A DNA stretch of 49,598 bases from a candidate division WWE3 bacterium (lineage in GTDB: Bacteria > Patescibacteriota > WWE3 > JAUXAW01). The notes under the pieces are model-generated. The model ran no database searches. It was not told the DNA's origin and worked only from the letters and a program-made list of their open reading frames with translations. Position numbers and translations under genes: made by a program. This document shows, one piece after another, positions 9,414-18,587 of the stretch (within the stretch, counting starts at the first letter, position 1; every line of letters starts with the position of its first letter). The DNA is taken from the NCBI GenBank assembly GCA_030619715.1, contig JAUXAW010000004.1, positions 1 to 49,598 on the forward strand. The letters run 5' to 3'.

Positions 9414-10288
9414 GAAAAATCTTTAACAACAAGGTTCTGGTCCTTCTGGTAATCATCGTTTGTGCTATTTGGCTGGCGGTTGCTTCCAGACCGGACAAAT
9501 TGCTTCACATCTATTTCTGTGATGTGGGTCAAGGCGATGCCATCCTGATTAAAACGCCGCAGAATAAACAAATTCTCGTCGATGGCGGTCAAGGAGACCA
9601 AGTGCTAAAATGTCTCTCAAACGCACTTCCGTTCTACGATCGTAGTCTCGATTTGATTATATTGACGCATCCTCACGCCGACCACGTGGGGGGATTAATC
9701 GAAGTTCTCCGCACCTACCAAATCGAAAAAGTCACTTTCTGGCAAGTGCCGTATAAGAGTGCTGATTTCCAAGAATTTGTTGATTTGGTGGGAAGAAAAA
9801 ATGTGCCGGTTTTGGAAGTGACCGCCGGCGATACTTTGGCTCTAGATCAACAAACCCAGGCCGAGGTCTGGTACCCCTTGTCAAACGAAGAGCTTAAAGT
9901 GCTAGGAATCTCAATTGACCCTTATGACGGCGAAAACGTCAACGACTCTTCTATTGTCTTTCAACTGGTCTGCGGAGACTTTGAAACGCTCCTGACCGGC
10001 GATGCTCCCGACACGGTCCAGAAGCTCCTCTTGCGGCGGGGGACGGTAGAAGAGTCGGATGTTCTCAAAGTGGCGCACCATGGGTCTAGAAATGGGCTTG
10101 ATAGGGAATTTTTGAAAAAGATCAGTCCGAAACTGGCAATCATTTCCGTTGGCGAGGCCAACCGTCACGGTCACCCCCATCAAGAAACCCTTGAAAAATT
10201 AAAAAACGCGGGTGTGGAGATCAAACGCACCGACCTCGACGGCACCATCGAAGTCGTTTCCGATTGCAAAACTTGGTGGGTGAAGTGA
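9383..10288 (+). CDS. ComEC-like metallo-beta-lactamase domain (split ComEC, part 2)
   Basis: DVGQGDA, THPHADHVGG, LKVAHHGS, HGHPH. Start uncertain. Confidence 0.9.
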   Translation: MPEKNSKRELRKIFNNKVLVLLVIIVCAIWLAVASRPDKLLHIYFCDVGQGDAILIKTPQNKQILVDGGQGDQVLKCLSNALPFYDRSLDLIILTHPHADHVGGLIEVLRTYQIEKVTFWQVPYKSADFQEFVDLVGRKNVPVLEVTAGDTLALDQQTQAEVWYPLSNEELKVLGISIDPYDGENVNDSSIVFQLVCGDFETLLTGDAPDTVQKLLLRRGTVEESDVLKVAHHGSRNGLDREFLKKISPKLAIISVGEANRHGHPHQETLEKLKNAGVEIKRTDLDGTIEVVSDCKTWWVK

Positions 10289-10292
10289 ATCG

Positions 10293-10368
10293 TGGTCGGG
10301 GTGGCCGGTCCCGCCCCGGCGGCCTCTGGCTCCCGATGCCAGCGCTCTACTAACTGAGCTACACCCCG
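10293..10368 (-). tRNA. tRNA-Pro(CGG), non-canonical D/T loops
   Basis: Cloverleaf with acceptor CGGGGTG/CACCCCG, anticodon arm CTGGC-ATCGGGA-GCCAG, ACCA end; T-loop GGCGGGA. Confidence 0.8.
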
Positions 10369-10369
10369 G

Positions 10370-10447
10370 TGGTACGCCCGGCAGGACTCGAACCTGCAAG
10401 CATTCGCCTTAGGACGGCGACGTTCTATCCAATTGAACTACGGGCGC
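10370..10447 (-). tRNA. tRNA-Arg(CCT)
   Basis: GCGCCCG acceptor, TCGCC-GTCCTAA-GGCGA, GGTTCGAGTCC, CCA. Confidence 0.93.
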
Positions 10448-10478
10448 GTATCTCTCTTTTTGATATAATAGCATAGCC

Positions 10479-11153
10479 GTGAAGAAATCTCAAGCGAAGT
10501 TTATCATCCTCCGTACCCTCGCCAACACCCTGGTCCTAGGGTCGCTGGCCTTTTTGTCAATCTCTCTTTACCCTCTGGTAAAAGACGAATTCTTATATTA
10601 CTACCGCCGTTTTCGTGGGATCGAATACACGCTCGAAGAACCCGCGGAAACTCAACCTCAACCCTCGCCGTTTAGTACCCTTCGCACCCAGCCGACACCG
10701 CTAAAAATCACCCCCAAATCAACCGATTTCGGCATTGTCATCGAAAAAATCGGCGTCAACGCTCCAATTGTTGCCGATGTGGATACCACCTCGCGCGAGG
10801 CCTACATGGGAGCGATGCGCTACGGAGTTGCTCACGCCAAGGGCACAGCCAAACCAGACGAGGTCGGAAATGTCTATCTTTTCGCCCATTCAACCTTGAA
10901 TTTTTGGGAATACGGGGAGTATGCTACCGTTTTTACCACGCTGCACCAGCTGGCCCCGGGGGATAAAATCGTTATCTTTTACAAAGGCAAAAGATACGAC
11001 TACCGGGTTGCCGAAAAGGAAATTGTGCCGGGGTTCGACCTAACGCCGCTGACACGCACATCGAGCCGCAATCTTTTAACCCTGCAGACCTGCGATCCGC
11101 CAGGCACCACCTGGCGCCGCCTAATCATCATCGCCGAGCTTATCTCAAACTGA
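10479..11153 (+). CDS. Sortase
   Basis: N-terminal TM; GNVYLFAHS, LTLQTCDPPG, RRLII (H/C/R triad). Confidence 0.9.
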   Translation: MKKSQAKFIILRTLANTLVLGSLAFLSISLYPLVKDEFLYYYRRFRGIEYTLEEPAETQPQPSPFSTLRTQPTPLKITPKSTDFGIVIEKIGVNAPIVADVDTTSREAYMGAMRYGVAHAKGTAKPDEVGNVYLFAHSTLNFWEYGEYATVFTTLHQLAPGDKIVIFYKGKRYDYRVAEKEIVPGFDLTPLTRTSSRNLLTLQTCDPPGTTWRRLIIIAELISN

Positions 11154-12261
11154 TCGCATAAAGATTCGGAGCCGCGCCTTCGACGAAGCTGGTTAGAATA
11201 ATCAATTTGTCCCCGCCGGGAGTGGGGAAAACCTCGTCGGAGGCCAGATTACCGCTGTAAACCTGCGTTTTATTCGTCCCATCGATCTCAATCAAAGAAA
11301 TTGCGCCGTCCTCAATCAGAATCAAATGCTGGCTGTCGGCAAACCAGGAAATCTTCAACTTCTCCGGTTCCGAAGTCCGTAAAATGAGGTTATTCCGGTT
11401 CCGCGCCACTCCCAGCGGCTCGGTGCCGTCAAAAACCCAGAACTTCGTCGTCCCCTCGCTCTCCCTCCGGTAGATAAATTTATTTTCATCCGGCGACCAA
11501 GGGGTGGCCGAGGCGGTAGCAATTTTTTCCAAATTGCGGGGGATTTTGACCCGTGATGCCATCAGGCGGCGTTTGGCCTGCTGAATCTCATCCCATTCTT
11601 TGGTCGTCGGGGCGGCACTGGAGGTCGCTTCGACCGTCCCCTCAGGACTAAGCCGGAGTCGGTAAAAACCCTGTTGATTCATCTGAACGAGCATCTCCGC
11701 ATCGTTCGGCGACCAAAAAATTTTTTCGGCGGCGGAAAAAGTAATTTCCTTAGTGTCGAGAACGAGGGGATTAATATTAGCGCGCAGAAACCCCAAGAGC
11801 TGTTGCCCGCCGGAAAGGCTCAAAGTATAGATTCCGGACTTTTCACCCGATTTCAAAAAGGCAATCCGGTCACGATTTGAGGATAAGGTTGGACTTCTTA
11901 CCCCGGTTGAGGTCAGCGGGTTCAGGGCGGGGGAGAGGGGAATCAGGAGGGCGTCAGCTTCGGTCACCAGTTCCTCCTTGACCTCAATTTTTTTCTCCCA
12001 CTCGAAAAACCCGTCTTTGGCAATCTTGAGGTTGTATTTTCCCTGCTTTAATCCCTGAATTGGGTTGTTGGTGGCGGTGACGAATTTGCCGTCCAAAAAG
12101 ACTTTCGCCCCGTCGGGCCTCGATTTGGCCAAAATCATTCCCGTTTTCTCCAGGCTGCCGTTGGAAAGATCAAACTTGTATCCCCGGGCAAAAAGAACAA
12201 TGACCACCGCCGCCCCCGCCATTAGGCCAATGATGATAATCAGATACCAAAACCGCTTCAT
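11140..12261 (-). CDS. PEGA-domain membrane-anchored protein with beta-propeller-like C-terminus
   Basis: MKRFWYLIII TM; SRPDGAKVFLDG...GKYNLKIAKDGF; WSP repeats. Start moved to ATG 12261 after TGgTATAAT. Confidence 0.8.
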   Translation of the reverse strand: MKRFWYLIIIIGLMAGAAVVIVLFARGYKFDLSNGSLEKTGMILAKSRPDGAKVFLDGKFVTATNNPIQGLKQGKYNLKIAKDGFFEWEKKIEVKEELVTEADALLIPLSPALNPLTSTGVRSPTLSSNRDRIAFLKSGEKSGIYTLSLSGGQQLLGFLRANINPLVLDTKEITFSAAEKIFWSPNDAEMLVQMNQQGFYRLRLSPEGTVEATSSAAPTTKEWDEIQQAKRRLMASRVKIPRNLEKIATASATPWSPDENKFIYRRESEGTTKFWVFDGTEPLGVARNRNNLILRTSEPEKLKISWFADSQHLILIEDGAISLIEIDGTNKTQVYSGNLASDEVFPTPGGDKLIILTSFVEGAAPNLYAISLR

Positions 12262-12281
12262 CGCACACGCAATTATACCAC

Positions 12282-12328
12282 CTCGCGTCGCTCGGTGTAA
12301 ACTTTCTCGCGTCGCTCGGTGTAAACTT
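12282..12328. repeat. 24-bp-period tandem duplication
   Basis: CTCGCGTCGCTCGGTGTAAACTT twice, between divergent promoters. Confidence 0.9.
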
Positions 12329-12358
12329 CCAAACAATTTCTGATATAATGGTTCCGCT

Positions 12359-13384
12359 ATGTTCAATCTTCCCACCTTCAACCTCTCCCGCAAAGTGGCC
12401 ATCGACCTCGGGACGGCGAACTCCCTTGTTTATGTTGCCGGGCAAGGGATTGTTTTGAACGAACCGACGGTGGTGGCGATTACCACCGATGACAACAAAG
12501 TTGTTGCCGTAGGTACGGAGGCCAAGGAAATGCTGGGGCGAACGCCGGTTAACATCTCCGCCTCGCGGCCGATGCGCGACGGAGTTATCGCCGATTATCT
12601 GATCACCGAGGCGATGCTCAAATACTTTTTGGGAAAAGCTTGCGGTCGGACGCGAATTTTTAAGCCCGAGGTGATGGTCTCGGTCCCCTCGGGAGTTACT
12701 TCGGTTGAGTCGCGGGCGGTCCTTGACGCAACTGTCTCCGCCGGGGCCAAGGAGGCCTATCTTATCCCCGAGCCTTTAGCCGCGGCGGTAGGGGCCAGGA
12801 TTCCCATCAGTGAGCCCTCGGGTAGTATGGTTATCAACATCGGTGGGGGAACGGTGGAGGTGGCAGTGATTTGCCTTGGTGGCTTGGTTGTTTCTAACTC
12901 CGCACGTGTGGCTGGTAATCAAATTGATGAGGCGATTGCCAACCATCTCCGTCGGACCTACAACCTGATCGTCGGCGACCGCACCGCGGAGATGATCAAA
13001 ATCCAGATCGGCTCAGCCCTGCCGTTGGATGACAATCCCACGTTGGAGGTTAAAGGGCGCGACGCGATTGCCGGTCTGCCGCGGACGGTCGAGCTGACCT
13101 CACACGAGGTCACCGAGGCCATCCAGCCACCGCTGAAGGGGATTGTAGGTGCGATCAAGAATGTTCTAGAGCAGACGCCGCCGGAGCTTTCCTCGGACGT
13201 GATTGACAAGGGGATGGTTTTGACCGGGGGGACAGCTCTTTTAAGAAATATTGACAAGTTTTTGACACAGTCCACCGGCGTCCCTGCCCACATCGCCGAA
13301 AATCCAATCTTGTGCGTAGTTTACGGCGTCGGGACGGCGATTGAGAATCTAGATGTTTTCAAAAAGAGTGTCAGAAAGAGATGA
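12359..13384 (+). CDS. mreB: MreB/Mbl paralogue 1
   Basis: AIDLGTAN, EPLAAA, INIGGGT, LTGGTALL. Confidence 0.93.
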   Translation: MFNLPTFNLSRKVAIDLGTANSLVYVAGQGIVLNEPTVVAITTDDNKVVAVGTEAKEMLGRTPVNISASRPMRDGVIADYLITEAMLKYFLGKACGRTRIFKPEVMVSVPSGVTSVESRAVLDATVSAGAKEAYLIPEPLAAAVGARIPISEPSGSMVINIGGGTVEVAVICLGGLVVSNSARVAGNQIDEAIANHLRRTYNLIVGDRTAEMIKIQIGSALPLDDNPTLEVKGRDAIAGLPRTVELTSHEVTEAIQPPLKGIVGAIKNVLEQTPPELSSDVIDKGMVLTGGTALLRNIDKFLTQSTGVPAHIAENPILCVVYGVGTAIENLDVFKKSVRKR

Positions 13385-14505
13385 TCATCGGATTTGACGC
13401 CAGCCGAGCGCAGCTTCCTGAAAGAGCCGGTCCGGAAAATTACACCTATAATCTTTTAAGGGAGCTTTTAAAGATAGATCGTTGGAACCGCTATCGGTTG
13501 TACTGCAACAACCTTTTGGATTTTGAGCTACCCACCGCTAACTACGAGTTGCGTATCATCAGCTGGCCAAGACTTTGGACTCAAGGCGGATTGGCCCTTG
13601 AGTGTTTAAAAAACCCGCCCGATATTCTCTTCGTTCCCGCACATACGATTCCGATTATCCGGCGTCCGGACTTGAAAACGGTCGTGACGATTCACGACGT
13701 TGGTTTTCAGAAATATCTAAAAACCTACCAGCGTTGGTGGGGAAGACTGTATGAAGGCCGGGTTTCCAACTACGCTGCCCGAGCGGCAACTCATGTCATT
13801 GCCGTCTCCGAATCTACAAAAAAAGATTTGATCGAAAAGCTTGGTGTTAAGCCAGATAAAATAACGGTTATCTATGAGGGAGTAGACCATAGGAAATTCA
13901 AAGTGCAAAGTGCAAAGTTCAAAATTGACCACGTGAAACGGGGATATGATATTGGAGGGGAATATTTGTTGTTCGTAGGTACGATTCAACCGCGGAAAAA
14001 TCTGGTACGCCTCATCGAAGCATTCAAAAAAACACGGAGTCCCCAAATCTCCCTAATAGTAGTCGGGAAGAAGGGCTGGTTGTCTGACGAAATCTACAAC
14101 GCCCCAAAGAAGTTTGGGATGGAGGACAGAGTAAAATTTTTAGGCTACGTACCTACGGATGATATTGTTTCGTTGATGAACGGGGCTTTGGCGTTTGTCT
14201 TTCCTTCGCTGTATGAGGGCTTTGGCCTGCCGGTTTTGGAGGCAATGGCCTGTGGCTGTCCGGTCGTTACCTCGAGCATCTCCTCCCTGCCGGAGGTCGT
14301 TGGTGACGCGGGGATTTTGGTTGATCCTTATGATGTTGAGGACATCGCGCGGGGGATTAGCGTGATTTTAGAGCTCGACGAAGCACAACGCCGAAATTTG
14401 GTTGATGCGGGGTTGGAGCGGGCTCGGAAATTCACTTGGGAAGAAACAGCTAAGCAGACGATCAAAGTCCTGGTCCCGGAAGATATGTTTAATTCACGAT
14501 CGTGA
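13381..14505 (+). CDS. Glycosyltransferase family 4
   Basis: [19 protein letters not shown]. Stop codon lies inside palindrome copy 4. Confidence 0.93.
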   Translation: MIIGFDASRAQLPERAGPENYTYNLLRELLKIDRWNRYRLYCNNLLDFELPTANYELRIISWPRLWTQGGLALECLKNPPDILFVPAHTIPIIRRPDLKTVVTIHDVGFQKYLKTYQRWWGRLYEGRVSNYAARAATHVIAVSESTKKDLIEKLGVKPDKITVIYEGVDHRKFKVQSAKFKIDHVKRGYDIGGEYLLFVGTIQPRKNLVRLIEAFKKTRSPQISLIVVGKKGWLSDEIYNAPKKFGMEDRVKFLGYVPTDDIVSLMNGALAFVFPSLYEGFGLPVLEAMACGCPVVTSSISSLPEVVGDAGILVDPYDVEDIARGISVILELDEAQRRNLVDAGLERARKFTWEETAKQTIKVLVPEDMFNSRS

Positions 14506-14511
14506 ATTAAA
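14488..14511. repeat. 24-bp perfect palindrome, copy 4
   Basis: TTTAATTCACGATCGTGAATTAAA at the GT4/WecB junction. Confidence 0.95.
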
Positions 14512-14543
14512 ACTACACCCTAACTTGTTGTGTTGGAGGCGTT

Positions 14544-15350
14544 ATGGAGCGTATTAATATCTTAGGTGTTAAAGTTAGCAGAGTTACCTATGAATATGCT
14601 ATTAAGATTATTGAGGGTTTTCTAACCGATGAGGGGAAACACCAAATTGTCACCCCTAACCCGGAGTTTGTTGTTTTGGCCCAAAAGGATTTGGAATTTC
14701 GTACGATTCTCAACCGAGCTGATTTAACCGTTCCCGACGGGGTCGGTTTGCGAGTGGCGGCGAAGTTTCTCTCCCTGCCTACATTTAATTTCACGATCGT
14801 GAAATTTTTTCAGCTTCTATTTCAGGGTCTTCTCGTAGGTGCAGCAGCAGTTTTTAAGCCCTCGTTTCTTGACGTGTTACCCCACACAGTGACCGGAACG
14901 GATTTGATGCTTGGATTGTGTGATCTGGCATCGAAAAAAGGTTATTCTGTTTTTCTTTTGGGCGGTCGGGGTGGGGCAGCGGAGGCGGCGGCTAAGCGTT
15001 TGAAGGTGCGGTTTGCCAATTTAAACATCATCGGCACGTATGAAGGTGGTTCGTGGGAGGAGTTTGAAGGAAAGACAGCCGATTTTCTCTTCGTCGCCTA
15101 CGGTGCGCCCAAACAGGAAAAATGGATCGCCCGAAATCTTCCCAAAATTTCGGTCAAGGTGGCGATGGGGGTTGGAGCAGGCATTGATTTTACCGCCGGA
15201 AGGAAAAAAAGAGCTCCGGGAATTTTGCGCCGTTTGGGTTTCGAGTGGCTCTGGCGTTTGGTGCAAGAACCCTTCCGTCTGAGGCGAATCCTTAATGCCA
15301 CTGTTAAATTCCCCCTGCTGGTTTTTTGGCAGAAGTTAAGTCAAAAATAA
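14544..15350 (+). CDS. WecB/TagA/CpsF family glycosyltransferase
   Basis: IVTPNPE, PDGVG, YGAPKQE, EWLWRLVQEP. Confidence 0.92.
   Translation: MERINILGVKVSRVTYEYAIKIIEGFLTDEGKHQIVTPNPEFVVLAQKDLEFRTILNRADLTVPDGVGLRVAAKFLSLPTFNFTIVKFFQLLFQGLLVGAAAVFKPSFLDVLPHTVTGTDLMLGLCDLASKKGYSVFLLGGRGGAAEAAAKRLKVRFANLNIIGTYEGGSWEEFEGKTADFLFVAYGAPKQEKWIARNLPKISVKVAMGVGAGIDFTAGRKKRAPGILRRLGFEWLWRLVQEPFRLRRILNATVKFPLLVFWQKLSQK
14787..14806. repeat. 20-bp palindrome AATTTCACGATCGTGAAATT, copy 5 (intragenic)
   Basis: Read in frame as NFTIVKF in the WecB gene. Confidence 0.9.
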
Positions 15351-15426
15351 GAACCTGCTCGCTACGCTCGCAGAACCTTGCATTTGAGCATAGTCTCCGC
15401 TTCGCTACGACTATTAGCTCAAAAGT
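15348..15426 (+). repeat. 79-bp dispersed element, copy 1
   Basis: TAAGAACCTGC...GCAGAACCTTGCATTTGAGC...TAGCTCAAAAGT; starts at the WecB stop codon. Confidence 0.92.
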
Positions 15427-15453
15427 AAAAGCCCCGGTGAGAGTCCGGGGTTT
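15427..15453 (-). terminator. Intrinsic terminator, possibly bidirectional
   Basis: Minus strand ACCCCGG-actctca-CCGGGGC followed by TTTT. Confidence 0.7.
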
Positions 15454-15658
15454 ATAATTCCATCCGGTCCCCTCAGCGGGGCTTGAAGGTCGTTAACGAT
15501 CCCTTTAATTTCCAGCCTGCCTCATCTTCAGTATTTTTAATAATTTCAAGAGAGGAGTCTCAAGGGCAATTGGCAGTACCAGAGCACCTTAAAACTTTTA
15601 TCAGGAGGTATCAAACTGTTAAGGTGCCTTCCCATTCGGGCTTTCTGGTCCGCCTCCC
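15427..15658 (-). ncRNA. Candidate ~230-nt structured small RNA, family unknown
   Basis: Own TTGACA-17-AAGACT promoter (15693-15665), a terminator, several stems, no credible ORF. Confidence 0.45.
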
Positions 15659-15725
15659 AATCTCAGTCTTGCACAAATTTTCAGTCTTGTCAAGCGGCTC
15701 GGAATCGTGTAGAATAATCCCGATC

Positions 15726-17303
15726 ATGGTACCCGAATCACTTTTGAAAAAAGCCAAAGGGCTGGTTGTCCCTCCGGTTGATGGTCCACTAAAAATCTTG
15801 ATCGTCGCCCCGGAGGTGTCGCCCTACGCCAGCGTCGGTGGCTTTGCTCGCGTGACCGCCTATCTCTCCCGGGCTCTCATTGACCTCGGCCACGACGTCC
15901 GTCTCTTTATGCCTAAGTTTGGCTTTATTGACGAGGAAAAGTATCCGATGGAGATGGTTCGCAAGGGTCTCAGAGTCCCCACCGGCACCCCCGAAAAACC
16001 CCACCTTATCTGCAATGTCAAGTTCAGTGTAGTTCCCGGCGGCGCTCCGGTTTATTTCTTGGAAAATATGGAGTATTACGAGAAGCGAGCCAATGTCTAT
16101 GGTTACAGCGACGACCCCCTCCGCTGGGCCCTTCTCTCTCGTGGGGCTTTAGAATTCTTAAAAAAATCAGACTGGCAACCCCAGGTTATCCACTGCAATG
16201 ACTGGCAGACTGGTTTTATCCCCAATTATCTGAGGACCGTTTATGGCAAGGACAGAAAGTTGATGCCTCTTTCCACCGTTTTTACGATTCACAACCTGAT
16301 GTACCAGGGGATATTTGACCATCGCACTATCTCCGAGCTCGATTTTGACGACGGCCGCTCGCAAATCGCCTCTTTCTTCTCCGAGCGGCTCAATAAGCAG
16401 AACTTTATGCGCCGGGGGATTATCTACGCTGATGCTGTCAACGCGGTTTCCAAAACTTACGCCAAAGAAATTTTGACCCCCGTGTTGGGCGAAGGGTTGG
16501 ACCGCCTGCTTGTGGAGGTTCGCTCCAAGCTTTTTGGAATCATCAACGGAGTTGACTACGATGAGTTTAACCCCACCACCGACCGGCTGGTGGATACTAA
16601 CTATGATGCTAACCACCTGGAAAAGCGGGTCCGGAACAAGCTGGCGCTACAAGGTGAATTTGATTTGGAACAAGGCGAGAACACTTTTGTGATAGGATTT
16701 GTGGGAAGACTTAGTGAGCAAAAGGGACTGGATTTGATTTTTGAAATTTTGTGGCCTTTCTTGAAAGAGTTTAAAGACGCGCAGTTTTTTCAGGTTGGTG
16801 GCGGAGATGGTAAATATATTGAGATTCTAAAAAAACTTAAGAAGGAGTATCCCGAACAGGTGGGAATCCATCCCCTACCCAACTTTACCCTGCCGCGGCT
16901 TCTTTTCTCCGGCTGCGACGTGATGGTGATTCCCTCCAAATTTGAACCTTGCGGTCAGGTCCAGCTGGAGGCGATGCACTACGGAGCGATTCCGATTGTG
17001 CGCGCCACCGGCGGTCTGGCGGACACGGTGGAGAACTTTGACCCGCTTAAAGATTTGGGTACCGGTTTTGTCTTTAAGGAGTTTGATAAATGGCCGTTTT
17101 TTGCTCAGGTAGTACGAGCCTACGAGGTGTTCCAGCACAAAAGGATTTGGCAGGAGTTGCAAAAGCGGGCGATGCGGGTCGATTTCTCCTGGGAGGCCTC
17201 GGCCAAAAAATACGTTGAGCTTTACAAGAAAGCCATCCACCGCCACCGCCGGGTTCTGATTGTCGAAGGACAGATAGCTCCCGAGGAAGGAGAACAGGAC
17301 TAG
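15726..17303 (+). CDS. glgA: Glycogen/starch synthase (GT5) paralogue 1
   Basis: HCNDWQ, FTIHNL, SKFEPCG, TGGLADTV. Start moved to ATG 15726. KxGGL motif reads SVGGF. Confidence 0.9.
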   Translation: MVPESLLKKAKGLVVPPVDGPLKILIVAPEVSPYASVGGFARVTAYLSRALIDLGHDVRLFMPKFGFIDEEKYPMEMVRKGLRVPTGTPEKPHLICNVKFSVVPGGAPVYFLENMEYYEKRANVYGYSDDPLRWALLSRGALEFLKKSDWQPQVIHCNDWQTGFIPNYLRTVYGKDRKLMPLSTVFTIHNLMYQGIFDHRTISELDFDDGRSQIASFFSERLNKQNFMRRGIIYADAVNAVSKTYAKEILTPVLGEGLDRLLVEVRSKLFGIINGVDYDEFNPTTDRLVDTNYDANHLEKRVRNKLALQGEFDLEQGENTFVIGFVGRLSEQKGLDLIFEILWPFLKEFKDAQFFQVGGGDGKYIEILKKLKKEYPEQVGIHPLPNFTLPRLLFSGCDVMVIPSKFEPCGQVQLEAMHYGAIPIVRATGGLADTVENFDPLKDLGTGFVFKEFDKWPFFAQVVRAYEVFQHKRIWQELQKRAMRVDFSWEASAKKYVELYKKAIHRHRRVLIVEGQIAPEEGEQD

Positions 17304-17336
17304 CACCAATGACCAAATTTTTAGATTAGAAAATTT

Positions 17337-18587
17337 ATGTACTTGGCTCTGTTTCTCCACCTCTATCAGCCTCCCACTCAATTTGCTAAAGTCCTGAAAT
17401 CTATTACCGACGACTCTTACCGGCGACTGCTAACTGTCATTTGGAAGTATCCAAGTGCTAAGTTGACGATAAACGTCTCCGGGTCGTTAACCGAGCAGCT
17501 AGCCGCTCACGCTGATTTGCGCAGATGTCTAGCTGATCTCGCTGATTTGGTTGAGAAGGGTCAGGTAGAGTTGGTGGGGAGTGCGGCTTATCATCCGCTT
17601 TTGACGGAGATTCCCAGAGACGAAATCCGCCGTCAGATTCTTCTCAACGACGCGATCAACAAGAGATATTTTGGTGATATGTATAACCCACGCGGCCTTT
17701 TCCCACCGGAGATGGCGGTTAACCGTCAGGTTCTGGAGGTTGTTGCAGAGATGGGATTCGATTGGATTTTGGTGGACGAATCGGCCATAAAAACTCAAAA
17801 ATCAATCCGCCACTGGCGGATCAAAAAGCAAAAATCTTTTATAAATCAAGGTTTGAGGGTTTTCGTCAGAAATTCCGATCTTTCCATCAAGATCGCCTTC
17901 AGCCAAATCCGCACGGTTGAGGAGTTAAAAAAGGAAATCTCCGCTAGGGAGCTAGGTGCTGAGGGCTATGTGCTACTTGCCATGGACGGCGAAACCTTCG
18001 GCCACCACCGCCCGGAGCAGTTCGAGCTGCTATCGCAACTCTTCGCTGCAAGCTCTAAGGATGAAATACAGTTGGTGACAATTTCCGAGCTTCAAGACCT
18101 CATCAAAACCGAACCTGTTGAAGTTGAACTTCAAACATCATCCTGGGGGCCGTGGAAGAGGTGGAAGAACCCGGAGAACCCCATCCACCAGCTTCAGTGG
18201 AAGCTCTTTCATTTGGCAACCAAAACAGTTAGGGGATCAAAGTATAGTTCGGAAAACTCGGAAAACTCAGTGAGTCAGAAAATCAGTGAGCCAGAGGACC
18301 AGAATATCAGAAGTTCTGACACACCGACACACCGACACACTGATACACCGAGTCGTTCTGAGTTTTCTGAATCTCGACAATGGCTTAAAGCAAGAGAACT
18401 CCTGGACAAAGCAATCCATAGCGACCAGTTCTGGTGGGCCTCCGCCCGCCCCTGCTGGCATTATCAGATGGTTGAGCGGGGGGCGAGGATGCTCAAAAAC
18501 GTTGTCTCGACGAGGCAGGCTAAAGAACTTTATGATAAGATTATCGAAACTGGATTGAAACTTCACGGAAAGCGAGTGATCGAATGA
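17337..18587 (+). CDS. Glycoside hydrolase family 57, paralogue 1
   Basis: HLYQP, FPPEMA, DGETFGHH, HSDQFWW; carries a 44-aa insertion relative to paralogue 2. Confidence 0.9.
   Translation: MYLALFLHLYQPPTQFAKVLKSITDDSYRRLLTVIWKYPSAKLTINVSGSLTEQLAAHADLRRCLADLADLVEKGQVELVGSAAYHPLLTEIPRDEIRRQILLNDAINKRYFGDMYNPRGLFPPEMAVNRQVLEVVAEMGFDWILVDESAIKTQKSIRHWRIKKQKSFINQGLRVFVRNSDLSIKIAFSQIRTVEELKKEISARELGAEGYVLLAMDGETFGHHRPEQFELLSQLFAASSKDEIQLVTISELQDLIKTEPVEVELQTSSWGPWKRWKNPENPIHQLQWKLFHLATKTVRGSKYSSENSENSVSQKISEPEDQNIRSSDTPTHRHTDTPSRSEFSESRQWLKARELLDKAIHSDQFWWASARPCWHYQMVERGARMLKNVVSTRQAKELYDKIIETGLKLHGKRVIE
18248..18371. mobile_element. ~124-bp fold-back element in frame in GH57
   Basis: Imperfect terminal inverted repeats; homologous to 47392-47512; absent from the adjacent paralogue. 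Confidence 0.75.

Noticed and set aside
8072-9645. Partial ACGATCGT matches at 8073, 9273, 9636 (also 41413)
   Set aside because: Only the 8-bp core, inside coding sequence; may be chance, so not counted as copies.
12262-12402. N-terminal extensions in the ORF track (PEGA gene; likewise leuS, glgA1, nusG, rpmB, frr)
   Set aside because: They run through promoters or repeat elements; downstream ATGs fit the conserved N-termini better.
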